Assembly (NCBI GenBank): GCA_964568515.1
Contig: CAZMRM010000001.1
Span: forward strand, 13,049 to 48,926
DNA: 35,878 nt
Reading direction: 5' to 3'
DNA from: an uncultured Chitinophaga sp.
Lineage (GTDB): Bacteria; Bacteroidota; Bacteroidia; 2-12-FULL-35-15
Each line of letters opens with the position of its first letter. Position 1 is the first letter of the stretch. Shown here one piece after another: positions 9,012-19,636 of the stretch. The translations under genes and the position numbers were made by a program. A model generated the notes under the pieces. That model was given only the letters and a program-made list of their open reading frames with translations. It did not search any database and was not told the DNA's origin.

Positions 9012-10292
9012 TTATAATCCAAGCACAATTTCGCTGGGGTCTTTACCTCCGAATAACATTTTGGTAGGATTTTCTAACATCTCTTTCACTTTCACAAGGA
9101 AACCAACGGATTCACGTCCATCAATAATACGGTGATCATAAGACAATGCCACGTACATCATGGGACGGATAACTACTTGTCCGCTCACCGCTACCGGTCT
9201 CTCTACAACATTGTGCATCCCCAGAATAGCGCTTTGAGGAGGATTAATGATAGGAGTACTCATCATTGAACCAAATACACCGCCATTAGTAATAGTAAAT
9301 GTACCACCACTCATTTCTTCTAAAGTGATTTTATTATCTCTTGCTTTTAGTGCCAAGTTCTTAATCGCGGTTTCAATTTCTGCAAGGCTCAATTGCTCTG
9401 CATTTCGTACAACCGGAACTACAAGTCCTTTAGGTGCACTTACTGCAATTCCAATATCTGCATATTTATTATAAACAATCTCTTCTCCATCGATCATCGC
9501 ATTAACCGCTGGAAATAAATTTAATGCTTCAGTGACAGCTTTGGTAAAAAAGCTCATGAATCCGAGATTTACTCCATGCACTTCTTTGAATTTATCTTTG
9601 TATTTAGCACGCAAAGCATAAATAGCACTCATGTCTACCTCATTAAATGTAGTTAACATAGCCGTTTCATTCTTCACGGTCACTAAACGTTGCGCCAATT
9701 TTTTGCGCAAAGCACTCATTTTCTGACGGTCCTGATCACGGCCTCCTCCCCAACCTGCTGTTGATGAAGAATCAAAGCCTCCAGCAAGGGCTACCAATGC
9801 ATCTCCCTTTGTAATTCGTCCTCCTTTTCCTGAGCCATTTAATTTGGAAGCAGGGATTTTATTTTCATCAAGAATTTTTTTAGCAGCCGGCGAAGGTGTT
9901 CCTGCAGCATAACCATCCGCTTTAGAGGTTTCTTTCACTGTTTCTTTTGCTCCTTCTTTTACGGCCTCTTTTTTAGATTCGGCTTTAACTTCCTGCTTAC
10001 TTTCTTCCTTTTTGACTGCAGATCCGGCTTCTGATTTTTTGCTTTCGCCCTTTACACTATTATCAATAGAAACAATTTCTTGTCCTACTTTTACTGTATC
10101 TCCTTCGGCAGCCAGTAATTTAATAGCACCTGAATCTTCCGCATTGATGGTCAATGTAGCCTTATCCGAATCGATCTCAGCAATCTCTTCATCTTTTTCT
10201 ACATAATCCCCATCTTTTTTAAGCCATCGTGCAATCACTACTTCCGTAATGGATTCACCCGGACTTGGTACTTTCATTTTTATAACTGCCAT
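9012..10292 (-). CDS. sucB: 2-oxoglutarate dehydrogenase E2, dihydrolipoyllysine-residue succinyltransferase
   Basis: 426 aa. It has an N-terminal lipoyl domain ([14 protein letters not shown]), an Ala/Lys/Glu-rich linker, and a catalytic domain with [11 protein letters not shown]. Confidence 0.95.
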   Translation of the reverse strand: MAVIKMKVPSPGESITEVVIARWLKKDGDYVEKDEEIAEIDSDKATLTINAEDSGAIKLLAAEGDTVKVGQEIVSIDNSVKGESKKSEAGSAVKKEESKQEVKAESKKEAVKEGAKETVKETSKADGYAAGTPSPAAKKILDENKIPASKLNGSGKGGRITKGDALVALAGGFDSSSTAGWGGGRDQDRQKMSALRKKLAQRLVTVKNETAMLTTFNEVDMSAIYALRAKYKDKFKEVHGVNLGFMSFFTKAVTEALNLFPAVNAMIDGEEIVYNKYADIGIAVSAPKGLVVPVVRNAEQLSLAEIETAIKNLALKARDNKITLEEMSGGTFTITNGGVFGSMMSTPIINPPQSAILGMHNVVERPVAVSGQVVIRPMMYVALSYDHRIIDGRESVGFLVKVKEMLENPTKMLFGGKDPSEIVLGL

Positions 10293-10352
10293 AATATTTA
10301 AGAATTTATGATTTTATGCACCGATCAATTTCTTTTTCTTTGCATTTGTAAT

Positions 10353-13097
10353 CTATTTGTTTTTTACTAATTGTGGTTGAACCAATTTATCAATAAGTGC
10401 CTGTTGTTGTTCGGCATGTACTTTTGAGAATCCGGTTGCCGGACTTGCATTCTCAGCTCTTCCGGCATATTTCAACTGGATGCTGTTCAGCTTTTCATAT
10501 TTTGTAAACAGGCGCATAACATGTATCCATGCCCCCATATTTTCGGGCTCTTCCTGCGCCCAAAAGTATTCTGTAGCACCTTTATATTTCTCTACAATTG
10601 CCTGCAACTGTATGGCCGGAAATGGATACAACTGCTCCAATCGAATAATTGCAATTTGCTCTGCTTCGTTTTTTTGTTTCGCTTCAATCAGATCATAAAA
10701 AATTTTACCCGAACAAAAAATTAATTTTTTCACTGATTTGGCAGTGGCTGTTACATCATCCAATACTTCCTGAAAACCGCCGCTTGTAAAATCTTTAACA
10801 GATGAAATACAAGTAGGATAACGGAGCAATTTTTTAGGCGTAAAACAAAAAAGTGGTTTTCTAAAATCTCTTTTAATCTGACGTCTCAGTACATGAAACT
10901 GATTAGCTGGTGTGGTGCAGTTTACAACTTGCATGTTGTTTCCGGCACATTGCTGTAAAAAGCGTTCCATGCGTGCACTTGAGTGCTCAGGTCCCTGTCC
11001 CTCATATCCATGAGGTAATAACAGCACCAGACCATTCATTCTCCTCCATTTTGCTTCTGCCGAAGTAATGAATTGGTCGATCATGATTTGAGCACCATTA
11101 AAAAAATCCCCAAATTGTGCCTCCCAGATCGTTAATGTTTTTGGGGTACTTAACGCATATCCAAATTCAAATCCGAGAACTCCGTATTCTGATAATAAAG
11201 AATTGTAAATACTTAATTTACCTGGCGCTCCAAAACTGTTAAGCGGTATGTATTCATCTTCTGAATCTTCAAATTTAAGCACTGCATGACGATGTGAAAA
11301 AGTTCCCCGCTCAACATCCTGTCCGCTAAAACGAACATTATGACCTTCCTGCATTAAGGTTGCATAAGCCATTAATTCCCCCATTCCCCAATCATAATTA
11401 TCATTGGCAATCATTGCTGCCCGATCATCAAACAATTTTTGAATTTTGGAAAATACCTTTTTATCTTTTGGTAAAGTAACTGTCTTCTTAGCGATATCAA
11501 GAAATGTTTTTTTATCAATAGAAGTATCGGGGGACTTATCAAACGCATCTGCCTCTGCCATTTTTAACCCCTTCCACTGTCCTTCCAGAAATGAAGTGAT
11601 TTTTGCCTTCTCTGTTTGCTTGGCTTCATCCAGTTTTTCCTGAAGCAGTTTTTTCAGATTGGACTCCATTTCTTTCGCCAATGGAGCAGAAATGGATCCC
11701 TCTTCAATCAACTGTTTTAAGTAAATTTCTCTTGCGTTGGGATGTGCAGCTATTGCCTTATATAACAATGGCTGGGTAAAGCGTGGTTCATCTCCCTCAT
11801 TGTGACCATATTTACGATAACAAAGAATATCAATGAACACATTGCGATGAAATTTCTGACGGAATTCCATTGCCAAACGACATATGTATACCAATGCTTC
11901 CACATCATCACCATTCACATGAAATACCGGCGACAATACCACCTTCGCCACATCTGTACAATAAGTACTTGATCTTCCATCCAGGTAGTTGGTTGTAAAA
12001 CCAACCTGATTATTGATCACCACATGAATGGTTCCTCCTGTTTTATACCCTTCCAATTGGCTCATCTGCACAACTTCATACACAATTCCCTGTCCGGCAA
12101 TTGCAGCATCCCCATGAATCAGGATAGGACAAACCTTATTGTTATCACTTCCATGAAGGTTATCAATTTTTGCTCTGGAAATCCCTTCAACCACAGGGTC
12201 AACAGCTTCCAGGTGAGAAGGATTCGGTGTAAGACTCAAATGCACCTCTTTACCACTTTTTGTTTTCAAATCACTTGAATAGCCCAAATGATATTTTACA
12301 TCTCCGTCAAAAACGGAGTCTTCTGTAGGACGACCTTCGAATTCCGTAAAAATGTCTTTATATGTTTTATTCAGGATATTGGCCAATACATTTAAACGAC
12401 CGCGATGTGCCATTCCTATTACAAAATCCTTGATCCCCATTTCTGCTCCTGTTTCACAGATTGCATCCATTGCAGGAATGGTTGTTTCTGCACCTTCCAG
12501 TGAAAAACGTTTTTGTCCGACAAATTTTGTGTGAAGAAAACTTTCAAATGTAACTGCTTGGTTTAATTTGTTCAAAATTGCTTTCTTCTCATCCAGACTA
12601 AACTTGGGAGTATTTTTACTTCCTTCCATTTTTTCCTGAAGCCATTTAATAATCTCAGGATTTCTGATATACATATATTCTGCACCAATGGATTGACAAT
12701 AGGTTTGGTCCAGGTGAGCAATAATGTCTTTTAATTTTGCAGGTCCGATACCGATTTGTGCTCCGGCCTGGAATACTGTTTCCAGATCTGAACTGGAAAG
12801 ATCGAAATTTTCAATAGCAAGGGTTGGAGCATACTTTCTGCGTTCCCTGACAGGGTTGGTTTGTGTAAATAAATGTCCTCTGGAACGATATCCATTAATC
12901 AGGTTGATGACATTGAATTCTTTTTTTACACCTTCAGGGACCTGACCACTTTCCTCATAATTGCTTTTTGCAAACTCAAAACCTGCAAAAAATTGTTTCC
13001 AGTCAGCTTCTACTGAATTATTATCTTTTAAATATTGCTGAAACAGATCTTCAATTGCAGAAGTATCTGCATTACCTAAAAAGGAAAATTTATCCAT
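10353..13097 (-). CDS. sucA: 2-oxoglutarate dehydrogenase E1 component
   Basis: 914 aa. It has typical E1o motifs (GMAHRGRLNVLAN, HGDAAIAGQG, LLLPHGYEGQGPEHSSAR) and lies directly upstream of sucB. Confidence 0.95.
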   Translation of the reverse strand: MDKFSFLGNADTSAIEDLFQQYLKDNNSVEADWKQFFAGFEFAKSNYEESGQVPEGVKKEFNVINLINGYRSRGHLFTQTNPVRERRKYAPTLAIENFDLSSSDLETVFQAGAQIGIGPAKLKDIIAHLDQTYCQSIGAEYMYIRNPEIIKWLQEKMEGSKNTPKFSLDEKKAILNKLNQAVTFESFLHTKFVGQKRFSLEGAETTIPAMDAICETGAEMGIKDFVIGMAHRGRLNVLANILNKTYKDIFTEFEGRPTEDSVFDGDVKYHLGYSSDLKTKSGKEVHLSLTPNPSHLEAVDPVVEGISRAKIDNLHGSDNNKVCPILIHGDAAIAGQGIVYEVVQMSQLEGYKTGGTIHVVINNQVGFTTNYLDGRSSTYCTDVAKVVLSPVFHVNGDDVEALVYICRLAMEFRQKFHRNVFIDILCYRKYGHNEGDEPRFTQPLLYKAIAAHPNAREIYLKQLIEEGSISAPLAKEMESNLKKLLQEKLDEAKQTEKAKITSFLEGQWKGLKMAEADAFDKSPDTSIDKKTFLDIAKKTVTLPKDKKVFSKIQKLFDDRAAMIANDNYDWGMGELMAYATLMQEGHNVRFSGQDVERGTFSHRHAVLKFEDSEDEYIPLNSFGAPGKLSIYNSLLSEYGVLGFEFGYALSTPKTLTIWEAQFGDFFNGAQIMIDQFITSAEAKWRRMNGLVLLLPHGYEGQGPEHSSARMERFLQQCAGNNMQVVNCTTPANQFHVLRRQIKRDFRKPLFCFTPKKLLRYPTCISSVKDFTSGGFQEVLDDVTATAKSVKKLIFCSGKIFYDLIEAKQKNEAEQIAIIRLEQLYPFPAIQLQAIVEKYKGATEYFWAQEEPENMGAWIHVMRLFTKYEKLNSIQLKYAGRAENASPATGFSKVHAEQQQALIDKLVQPQLVKNK

Positions 13098-13122
13098 AAT
13101 TTCATACTTGGGTATAAGACTG

Positions 13123-13130
13123 CAAATTTA
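13123..13130 (-). promoter_or_regulatory. -7 promoter box TAAATTTG for sucAB
   Basis: The plus strand reads CAAATTTA, 25 nt upstream of the sucA ATG. Confidence 0.5.
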
Positions 13131-13328
13131 AGATTTTTAGTGAAAAATTGGGCAACAATTACCTGTATTTAGATTTTCTGAGATGGAATTAAAAAAGATA
13201 CGCAAGCTTTAAGCCCTTTATCCTTGTTTTTTTGCATTTAATAAGGGATGTCATCCTTTTGCCTGGGATATATTCAAAGAGTCCATCTTAATTATTGCTC
13301 CATTTCAGATGATACAGGAAGTGTGGGG

Positions 13329-13673
13329 TTATTTTTTAAACTGGGAACGAATGACGACTTTTTGCAATTCCCTTTTTATGATCAGATCTGTAATAATATC
13401 CGAAAAAGGTTCTGAAAAATTTTCATTTACAGCTTTTTTTATTTGTTCTTCACTCAAATCGATGCGGTATAAAATACCCATAAACTTTTGATGGTTGTTG
13501 CTAATCAGGTTTTCTATCCTTGGACGGATCTGATCAAAAAGTTCTTCATATGCGTTGTAAACACTTCCCGAAAATTTGATCTCCATACCAAACATATCAA
13601 AATCCTTAATGATTTGATTAGCCGTATCTTTAATCAGATCCAGCCGGTTGATATAAAGTGAAACATCGAACAC
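13329..13673 (-). CDS. Hypothetical protein with no domain I recognise
   Basis: 114-aa ORF whose first codon (GTG, 13673-13671) directly follows, in the same frame, the TGA stop of the ferredoxin gene. The first in-frame ATG is 26 codons in, so the start is uncertain. Confidence 0.55.
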   Translation of the reverse strand: MFDVSLYINRLDLIKDTANQIIKDFDMFGMEIKFSGSVYNAYEELFDQIRPRIENLISNNHQKFMGILYRIDLSEEQIKKAVNENFSEPFSDIITDLIIKRELQKVVIRSQFKK

Positions 13674-14006
13674 TCACTCTTTCTTTTTTAGTCTTACGTT
13701 TTCAAGTACCAATCGTTGCACTGGCCTATTATGAATGATGTGTTCTTCAATGATTTCATCCACATCTTTTTCTTCAACACCAACATAAAAAACACCTTCG
13801 GGATAAATGGCTACAGTTTGTCCATAATCACAGATGTCAAGACATCCTGCTTTTTGAGCCCTTAGTTTTATTGGCAAATTCAATTCTTTCAGTTTTTTTT
13901 TGAATACATCTACGATCTCCAATCCATGCGCTTCTCCACAGCTTCTTCTAGGAGCACCAGGTGCTCGCTGATTAACGCAAATAAAGATATGCTTATCATA
14001 AACCAT
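13674..14006 (-). CDS. Thioredoxin-like (2Fe-2S) ferredoxin-domain protein
   Basis: 110 aa. The Cys pattern is FICVNQR...RSCGE...AGCLDICDYG, followed by VAIYPEGVFY, typical of this family. Confidence 0.85.
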   Translation of the reverse strand: MVYDKHIFICVNQRAPGAPRRSCGEAHGLEIVDVFKKKLKELNLPIKLRAQKAGCLDICDYGQTVAIYPEGVFYVGVEEKDVDEIIEEHIIHNRPVQRLVLENVRLKKKE

Positions 14007-14184
14007 GATGCGAAGATACGACTTCGCTTGTACAATGTGTAGAAAATTTAAATCTTATCTGAAGCTTTGTCGCACACAGTTGAGACTACATGATAATATA
14101 TGACATTCACACGGAATGAGTATAATTTGGAATGTTCATACTAGGGCATGATTTTCCTTGTTATACTTAGATCAATATTTTTTT

Positions 14185-15096
14185 ATGGAAACAGTATTAA
14201 TTACAGGTGCGAGTGGTTTAATCGGAAATCATCTGACATCATTATTGATTAAAAAAGGTTATCACGTTATTCACCTCAGCAGATCAAAGCCTGAAAACAG
14301 TAACATAACAACATTTTTGTGGGATATTAAAAAACAAACTATTGATGAACATGCTTTACAGGAAGCAGATCATCTTATTCACCTGGCAGGTGCAGGCATT
14401 GCTGATAAAAAATGGACCGGTTCCCGAAAAAAAGAGATCATTGACAGCCGTGTACAAAGCATTCATTTGCTTTTTAAGACGATTCAAAAGAACAATAAAC
14501 GTTTAAAGACATTTATCTCAGCTTCAGGCGTTGGAATTTACGGAGCAATCACATCCGAAAAGGTATTCTATGAAAATGATCCTCCGGCAGAGGATTTTTT
14601 AGGAATAACCTGTAAACAGTGGGAAGGTGCCGCTGAAACAATCGCTAAATTAGAAATCCGGACGGTAAAAATAAGAACAGGAGTAGTTCTGGCCGAAAAA
14701 GGAGGCGCACTGGAAAGAATTGCAAAACCCGTAAAACTATTTTGTGGAGCTGCTTTGGGAAGCGGCAACCAATACGTCCCATGGATACACATTGATGATA
14801 TATGCCGCATATATTTGAAAGCCATTGAAGATGAATCTATGCATGGAGCTTACAATGCCTGTGCACCGGAACATGTTACAAACAAAAGCCTTACCAAAGA
14901 GATAGCCCAGGTTTTACATAAGCCACTGGTACTACCAAATATACCGGCATTTTTGTTAAGATTGTTTTTTGGAGAAATGGCAAAAATTGTTCTGGAAGGA
15001 AGCAGGGTTTCTTGTAAAAAAATAGAACAGAAAGGCTTTTTATTTAAATACGATACTTTAAATAAGGCTTTAGTAAACTTATTCCAAAGGCCTTAG
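14185..15096 (+). CDS. TIGR01777/YfcH-type epimerase-family SDR protein
   Basis: It has the Rossmann motif ITGASGLIGNHL, and its C-terminal part resembles DUF1731. The track start at 14158 is a TTG, so I prefer the ATG at 14185 (METVLITGAS). Confidence 0.8.
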   Translation: METVLITGASGLIGNHLTSLLIKKGYHVIHLSRSKPENSNITTFLWDIKKQTIDEHALQEADHLIHLAGAGIADKKWTGSRKKEIIDSRVQSIHLLFKTIQKNNKRLKTFISASGVGIYGAITSEKVFYENDPPAEDFLGITCKQWEGAAETIAKLEIRTVKIRTGVVLAEKGGALERIAKPVKLFCGAALGSGNQYVPWIHIDDICRIYLKAIEDESMHGAYNACAPEHVTNKSLTKEIAQVLHKPLVLPNIPAFLLRLFFGEMAKIVLEGSRVSCKKIEQKGFLFKYDTLNKALVNLFQRP

Positions 15097-15100
15097 TTTT

Positions 15101-16084
15101 TTAAATTTCTCTCGACATCAGACTATCGGCAAAATCAATCAGTGCTTGTTTTTTTTCATCACTTACAGGAACAGATGTTAAATAGCTCAACGCTTTTTCA
15201 TATTGCTTTTTCATTTCCTGACGGGCAAGTTCTTTAACATTCAGAAAATTATAAATATTGGTAACTGCCTCTACTTTTTCTGTTGCATTAAAGTGAGGAG
15301 CATTGATCCAGAGATTGAGCTCTTCTTTCATGTACCTGTTGCCTTCGGCAATTTCAATTGCTTTTAAAAGCAAATATGTTTTTTTATTGGCGATAATATC
15401 TCCCCCCTTTTGTTTACCGAATTTTTTTTCATCCGCATATACATCCAGGATATCGTCCTGTAATTGAAAAGCAATTCCAATGTGTTTACCAAATTCATAT
15501 AATTGGATCGCATCTTCTTCCCTTGCATTTCCTATGAGCGAACCTATTTTGAGGCTTGCCCCTAAAAGCACTGCGGTTTTTAATTCAATCATTTTAAGGT
15601 ACTGTGGGATGGATACCTTCTGCATTTTTTCATAATTCATATCCAGCTGCTGACCTTCACATACTTTAATCGCTGTTTCACTAAATATGGAGAGTAATAA
15701 TGTGAGTTTATCCGAATTTACTTTACACAATTCCTGGTAGGAAGCGATCATCATTGCATCTCCGCTAAGTATCGCAATACTGCTGTTCCACTTTTCATGA
15801 ACAGTTTGCTGATTTCTCCGAAGTGGTGCATTATCCATTAAATCATCATGAACAAGTGTAAAATTGTGGAACAATTCAATGGCAAGCGCTGCATGAATTA
15901 CCTCATCCGTTTTTCCACCAAAAAAATCACATCCCAGATAAGCCAATACGGGACGTAACCGTTTACCACCAAGTGACATGATGTAACGAATAGGCTCGTA
16001 TAACTCCTGAGGATTCGTTCCATAACGTTTATTGTTCAACGCTTTTTCGATGGACTGTTGATATTCGAATATTCTATTGTTCAC
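15101..16084 (-). CDS. Polyprenyl diphosphate synthase (trans-isoprenyl diphosphate synthase family)
   Basis: 327 aa with both Asp-rich motifs: LVHDDLMDN and FQLQDDILD. Confidence 0.9.
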   Translation of the reverse strand: MNNRIFEYQQSIEKALNNKRYGTNPQELYEPIRYIMSLGGKRLRPVLAYLGCDFFGGKTDEVIHAALAIELFHNFTLVHDDLMDNAPLRRNQQTVHEKWNSSIAILSGDAMMIASYQELCKVNSDKLTLLLSIFSETAIKVCEGQQLDMNYEKMQKVSIPQYLKMIELKTAVLLGASLKIGSLIGNAREEDAIQLYEFGKHIGIAFQLQDDILDVYADEKKFGKQKGGDIIANKKTYLLLKAIEIAEGNRYMKEELNLWINAPHFNATEKVEAVTNIYNFLNVKELARQEMKKQYEKALSYLTSVPVSDEKKQALIDFADSLMSREI

Positions 16085-16100
16085 TATATAAGGCCTGATG

Positions 16101-16967
16101 TTATTTATTTTCTATCATGTTTAGAAGATAATTGCCATAACCGCTTTTTAAAAGTGGCTCAGCAATTTTTTTCAGCTGCTCTTTATTAATATACCCCATG
16201 CGGTATGCAACTTCTTCTATGCAACCAATTCGTAATCCTTGTCTTTCCTCAATCACCTGAACAAATTGTCCGGCCTGCATAAGCGATGCGAAAGTACCGG
16301 TATCCAACCATGCCGTTCCTCTGTCGAGGATCCCAACTTTCAATTTTTTTTGTTCTAGGTAATGTTTATTTACATCTGTAATTTCGTACTCTCCCCTGGC
16401 ACTTGGTTTTAACAATTTTGCTATTTGCACAACGGAGTTGTCATAAAAATACAAACCCGGAACTGCATAATTTGATTTAGGTTTTAATGGTTTTTCCTCG
16501 ATAGAAATCGCGTTGTTGTGACTATCAAATTCAACAACTCCATAACGTTCCGGATCAGAAACATGATAAGCGAATACTACTGCTCCGTCTGGATTTTGAT
16601 GTTGTTGCAACAGTCTTCCTAAACCAGCTCCATAAAATATATTATCACCCAATACCAAAACCACCTTGTCTTTACCAATAAATTTTTCTCCGATCACAAA
16701 TGCCTGTGCAAGTCCATTGGGAACTTCCTGAACAGCATATTGAAATTTACAGCCAAAGTTAGATCCATCTCCCAACAAGCGCTCAAAACTAGGTAGGTCG
16801 GCAGGTGTTGAAATAATGAGAATTTCTGAAATTCCCGCCATCATTAAAACAGATAACGGATAATAAATCATTGGCTTATTATAAACAGGCATTAATTGCT
16901 TACTAACAGCAAGTGTTAATGGGTGTAAGCGGGTACCTGATCCACCGGCTAAAATTATTCCTTTCAT
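16101..16967 (-). CDS. rfbA: Glucose-1-phosphate thymidylyltransferase
   Basis: The sequence [38 protein letters not shown] is diagnostic. The track start at 17015 adds 16 unlikely residues, so I use the ATG at 16967. Confidence 0.93.
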   Translation of the reverse strand: MKGIILAGGSGTRLHPLTLAVSKQLMPVYNKPMIYYPLSVLMMAGISEILIISTPADLPSFERLLGDGSNFGCKFQYAVQEVPNGLAQAFVIGEKFIGKDKVVLVLGDNIFYGAGLGRLLQQHQNPDGAVVFAYHVSDPERYGVVEFDSHNNAISIEEKPLKPKSNYAVPGLYFYDNSVVQIAKLLKPSARGEYEITDVNKHYLEQKKLKVGILDRGTAWLDTGTFASLMQAGQFVQVIEERQGLRIGCIEEVAYRMGYINKEQLKKIAEPLLKSGYGNYLLNMIENK

Positions 16968-17083
16968 TTTTGCTTTCGAATTAGTATGAATGTTTCCAAT
17001 ACTTGTATATTCCAAGTATTACTAACGGGCTTCGAAATTACTTATAATAATGATACTGTCAAAGGGTATTAATAAAGGGTAAT

Positions 17084-18049
17084 TTAATGTAATGGACGCT
17101 TCTTGATCATCCCGCCTTTGGTATCCTTTACCGGATTCATTACAATGAATGTATTGGGATCAATTTTTTCAATTTCAGATTGGAGCTTAGAAACTTCCAA
17201 ACGTGTTATCACGGTGTAAATGATATCCATGGATCCAAGTTGTTCACCACGTTTTCCATAGCCACGTTTTCCATTGTAAATGGTTACACCTCGTCCCATT
17301 TTTTGAATAATCATCAGCCGGATCTCTTCACTATGTGTTGACACAATGGTGACACCGGTATACTCTTCCACACCCACCAAAATAAAATCCACTGTTTTTG
17401 ATGCTGATAAATAAGCGAGTACGGAGTACATGGCTGTCTGAATTGTTAAAACATATGCTGCTAAAGAGAAGATCAAAATATTCAAAAGCAGAATCACATC
17501 TCCCATGGTAAGGCTTGTTCTTTTACTTACATAAATTGCCAGTACCTCTGTACCATCCAACACACATCCTCCTCTTACAGCGAATCCAATTCCGGCACCA
17601 ATAAAAAAACCTCCGAAAACAGAAACCAATAGTTTATCAGTTGTGATCATAGGCATACTCACAAAGGTTAATGCTAAACCCAATCCCACGATTGCTATGA
17701 TGCTTTTTATTGCGAACGCTTTACCAACTTGTGTATAACCTAAAATGAGAAAGGGTATATTAATGCCTACAATGAGTGCCGCAAGCGGGAATTGTGTGAG
17801 TGTCCGGACGAGAAGTGATATTCCCATCACCCCCCCATCAATAAATGAATTCGGCAATAAAAAACTTTCCAAACCAAAGGTGGCCGAAAAAATCCCAATA
17901 ACGACCAGTAACCAATTTCTAACCGAGTGGAAAAAAGATACTTTAAATTTGTAAATATCTTTAGCGGTCTTGTAATTGCTCCCACCAGGCAGATTTTGAT
18001 AACCAACCCACTGCATTATTCTTAAAAAAAGTTGTTGAATTTTGCTCAT
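17084..18049 (-). CDS. YitT-family membrane protein with a C-terminal DUF2179-like domain
   Basis: 321 aa. It has multiple transmembrane segments, then a soluble C-terminal domain (VTIVSTHSEEIRLMIIQKMGRGVTIYNGKRGY...VITRLEVSKL). Confidence 0.8.
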   Translation of the reverse strand: MSKIQQLFLRIMQWVGYQNLPGGSNYKTAKDIYKFKVSFFHSVRNWLLVVIGIFSATFGLESFLLPNSFIDGGVMGISLLVRTLTQFPLAALIVGINIPFLILGYTQVGKAFAIKSIIAIVGLGLALTFVSMPMITTDKLLVSVFGGFFIGAGIGFAVRGGCVLDGTEVLAIYVSKRTSLTMGDVILLLNILIFSLAAYVLTIQTAMYSVLAYLSASKTVDFILVGVEEYTGVTIVSTHSEEIRLMIIQKMGRGVTIYNGKRGYGKRGEQLGSMDIIYTVITRLEVSKLQSEIEKIDPNTFIVMNPVKDTKGGMIKKRPLH

Positions 18050-18407
18050 CTGTTCATTTCATATAAAAATTTATGGCCCGCTTCATAAGCTCTAAAATCA
18101 CAAAAAGCAAATGAAACAGGCACATAAAATTAGTGATTGTGTAAATAATTAAGTAGAAAAAACCACCCATTTACACCTTACCCTAATTGTCAACTAGTTC
18201 ATTAGTGCTTTTAATCCGAGGAGGCCAACTATGACAACAAAAATGATCATCAGGATAAACCCCCAACCCTGCATAAATTTCTTCTTTTTTTCCGTACTGG
18301 TTTCTATATTTTCCATAAAATGCTTGTTTAATAATTTGACATAATATCCCTGACGATTGAACCATCCGGATACCAGAATTAAATATCAACAGTATTAAAA
18401 AGGAAAA

Positions 18408-18779
18408 TCAGATAAGCAGGCAACGATAAAACAGATAACCGGGAAGGTTTCCAAAATGATTTAATCTGTTGGTTGTATATTTTGTAAAATAGATGCTTGA
18501 AAAAAGTGCCTGAGCATTGCGTGAATACGACAATAAAAAATTAAGTGTCTCGAAATTATGCAAACATTCATTCGCACTTCCATTCAACCGTATACAAGAG
18601 AATAAAACACCTTCAGGTTGAATAAGTTGTGCTTTCTTATTACTGCCTGATGAGGTAAAACTGCTGCCTGCATTTGAATTTTTGCAGGAAGCATGTAGGG
18701 AACTTACTGGTTTTCCGCTTACTGAAAAAGCGATCAATAAAATTCCAAACAGAAGGAAGATATTTTTTGAAAACTTCAT
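18408..18779 (-). CDS. Hypothetical secreted protein, possibly the 5' part of an interrupted 198-codon frame (18183..18779)
   Basis: It has a signal-peptide-like N-terminus, MKFSKNIFLLFGILLIAFSVSG. The same frame stays open past a single TGA (18410-18408) through the 68-aa track ORF 18183..18389. I recognise no family. Confidence 0.35.
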   Translation of the reverse strand: MKFSKNIFLLFGILLIAFSVSGKPVSSLHASCKNSNAGSSFTSSGSNKKAQLIQPEGVLFSCIRLNGSANECLHNFETLNFLLSYSRNAQALFSSIYFTKYTTNRLNHFGNLPGYLFYRCLLI

Positions 18780-18911
18780 TTTTACAAAAATAGCAAATTA
18801 ACTCAAAGGTTACTATAAAAATGTAACGATGCCCCGGTATTTTAATATCGTAAGGTAACATTTTTATTATGAAAGCGTTTAATCTATTATCACACCTAAC
18901 TATCCGGAGCC

Positions 18912-19631
18912 ATGCAAAAACTGAGTGATAACTGGATTACAGAAAGACATATTGATTTTGAATATAAAAAGTACATCCTGCTTGCTTATTTCCAGGAAAT
19001 AAGTCATGAATTCAAAGGATGTAAGCTTTATCCTATTTTATCTGATTTATTGGTACATTATCAAACTACATTAGCTCTTAAAGAAAATAAGAACCTTTTG
19101 GCTAATAATTTCCCAAAGAGATTAACCGGAGTTGATATGAATCAGTTAAAAGTTCAATATGAACAGCTACTGGAAGATGATGACCTGATGCATGAAATTC
19201 AAAGCATCATTGATTATTCCATCCCAAAGTTTAAATATTACATGGAAGAAGGGAAAAAAATTTATGATGCAATTGAAGAACACATGAAATTGATTCCGAT
19301 TGGTGTCGTCCCACTGCACATCGATGAAGGGTACTTATTGCTGAAGGATACCAAAGAAAAAAAGATAAAGGTATTTCAATATTTTATTAAGCTGTTTAAT
19401 CATTCGAAGGAAGAGTACAGGGCCATTTATACAGATTACGTGGATGATTATCATCTTACTTTCTCCAATACATTTGAACAGATCAAACTGGAGCTTATTC
19501 AAAACTACAAATCATGGCCTAACCCAGCCACCTATGCGGTGGATACGGATTTAACAATTCCTTTCCAGGAAACCTATCTTCCCATTGCAAAACGTATGTT
19601 GGTAAGGTATATCTCTCAAAAAGCCGCTTAG
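18912..19631 (+). CDS. Hypothetical protein, 239 aa, no recognisable domain
   Basis: Long ORF with normal soluble-protein composition and an ATG start. It is convergent with trhO across a 5-nt gap. Confidence 0.6.
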   Translation: MQKLSDNWITERHIDFEYKKYILLAYFQEISHEFKGCKLYPILSDLLVHYQTTLALKENKNLLANNFPKRLTGVDMNQLKVQYEQLLEDDDLMHEIQSIIDYSIPKFKYYMEEGKKIYDAIEEHMKLIPIGVVPLHIDEGYLLLKDTKEKKIKVFQYFIKLFNHSKEEYRAIYTDYVDDYHLTFSNTFEQIKLELIQNYKSWPNPATYAVDTDLTIPFQETYLPIAKRMLVRYISQKAA

Positions 19632-19636
19632 TCGCT

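Noticed and set aside
13674-13676. In-frame TGA codons (here and at 18408-18410) as selenocysteine codons
   Set aside because: There is no SECIS-like stem-loop immediately downstream of either TGA. The surrounding residues do not resemble a redox-active Sec site. Neither protein belongs to a known selenoprotein family.
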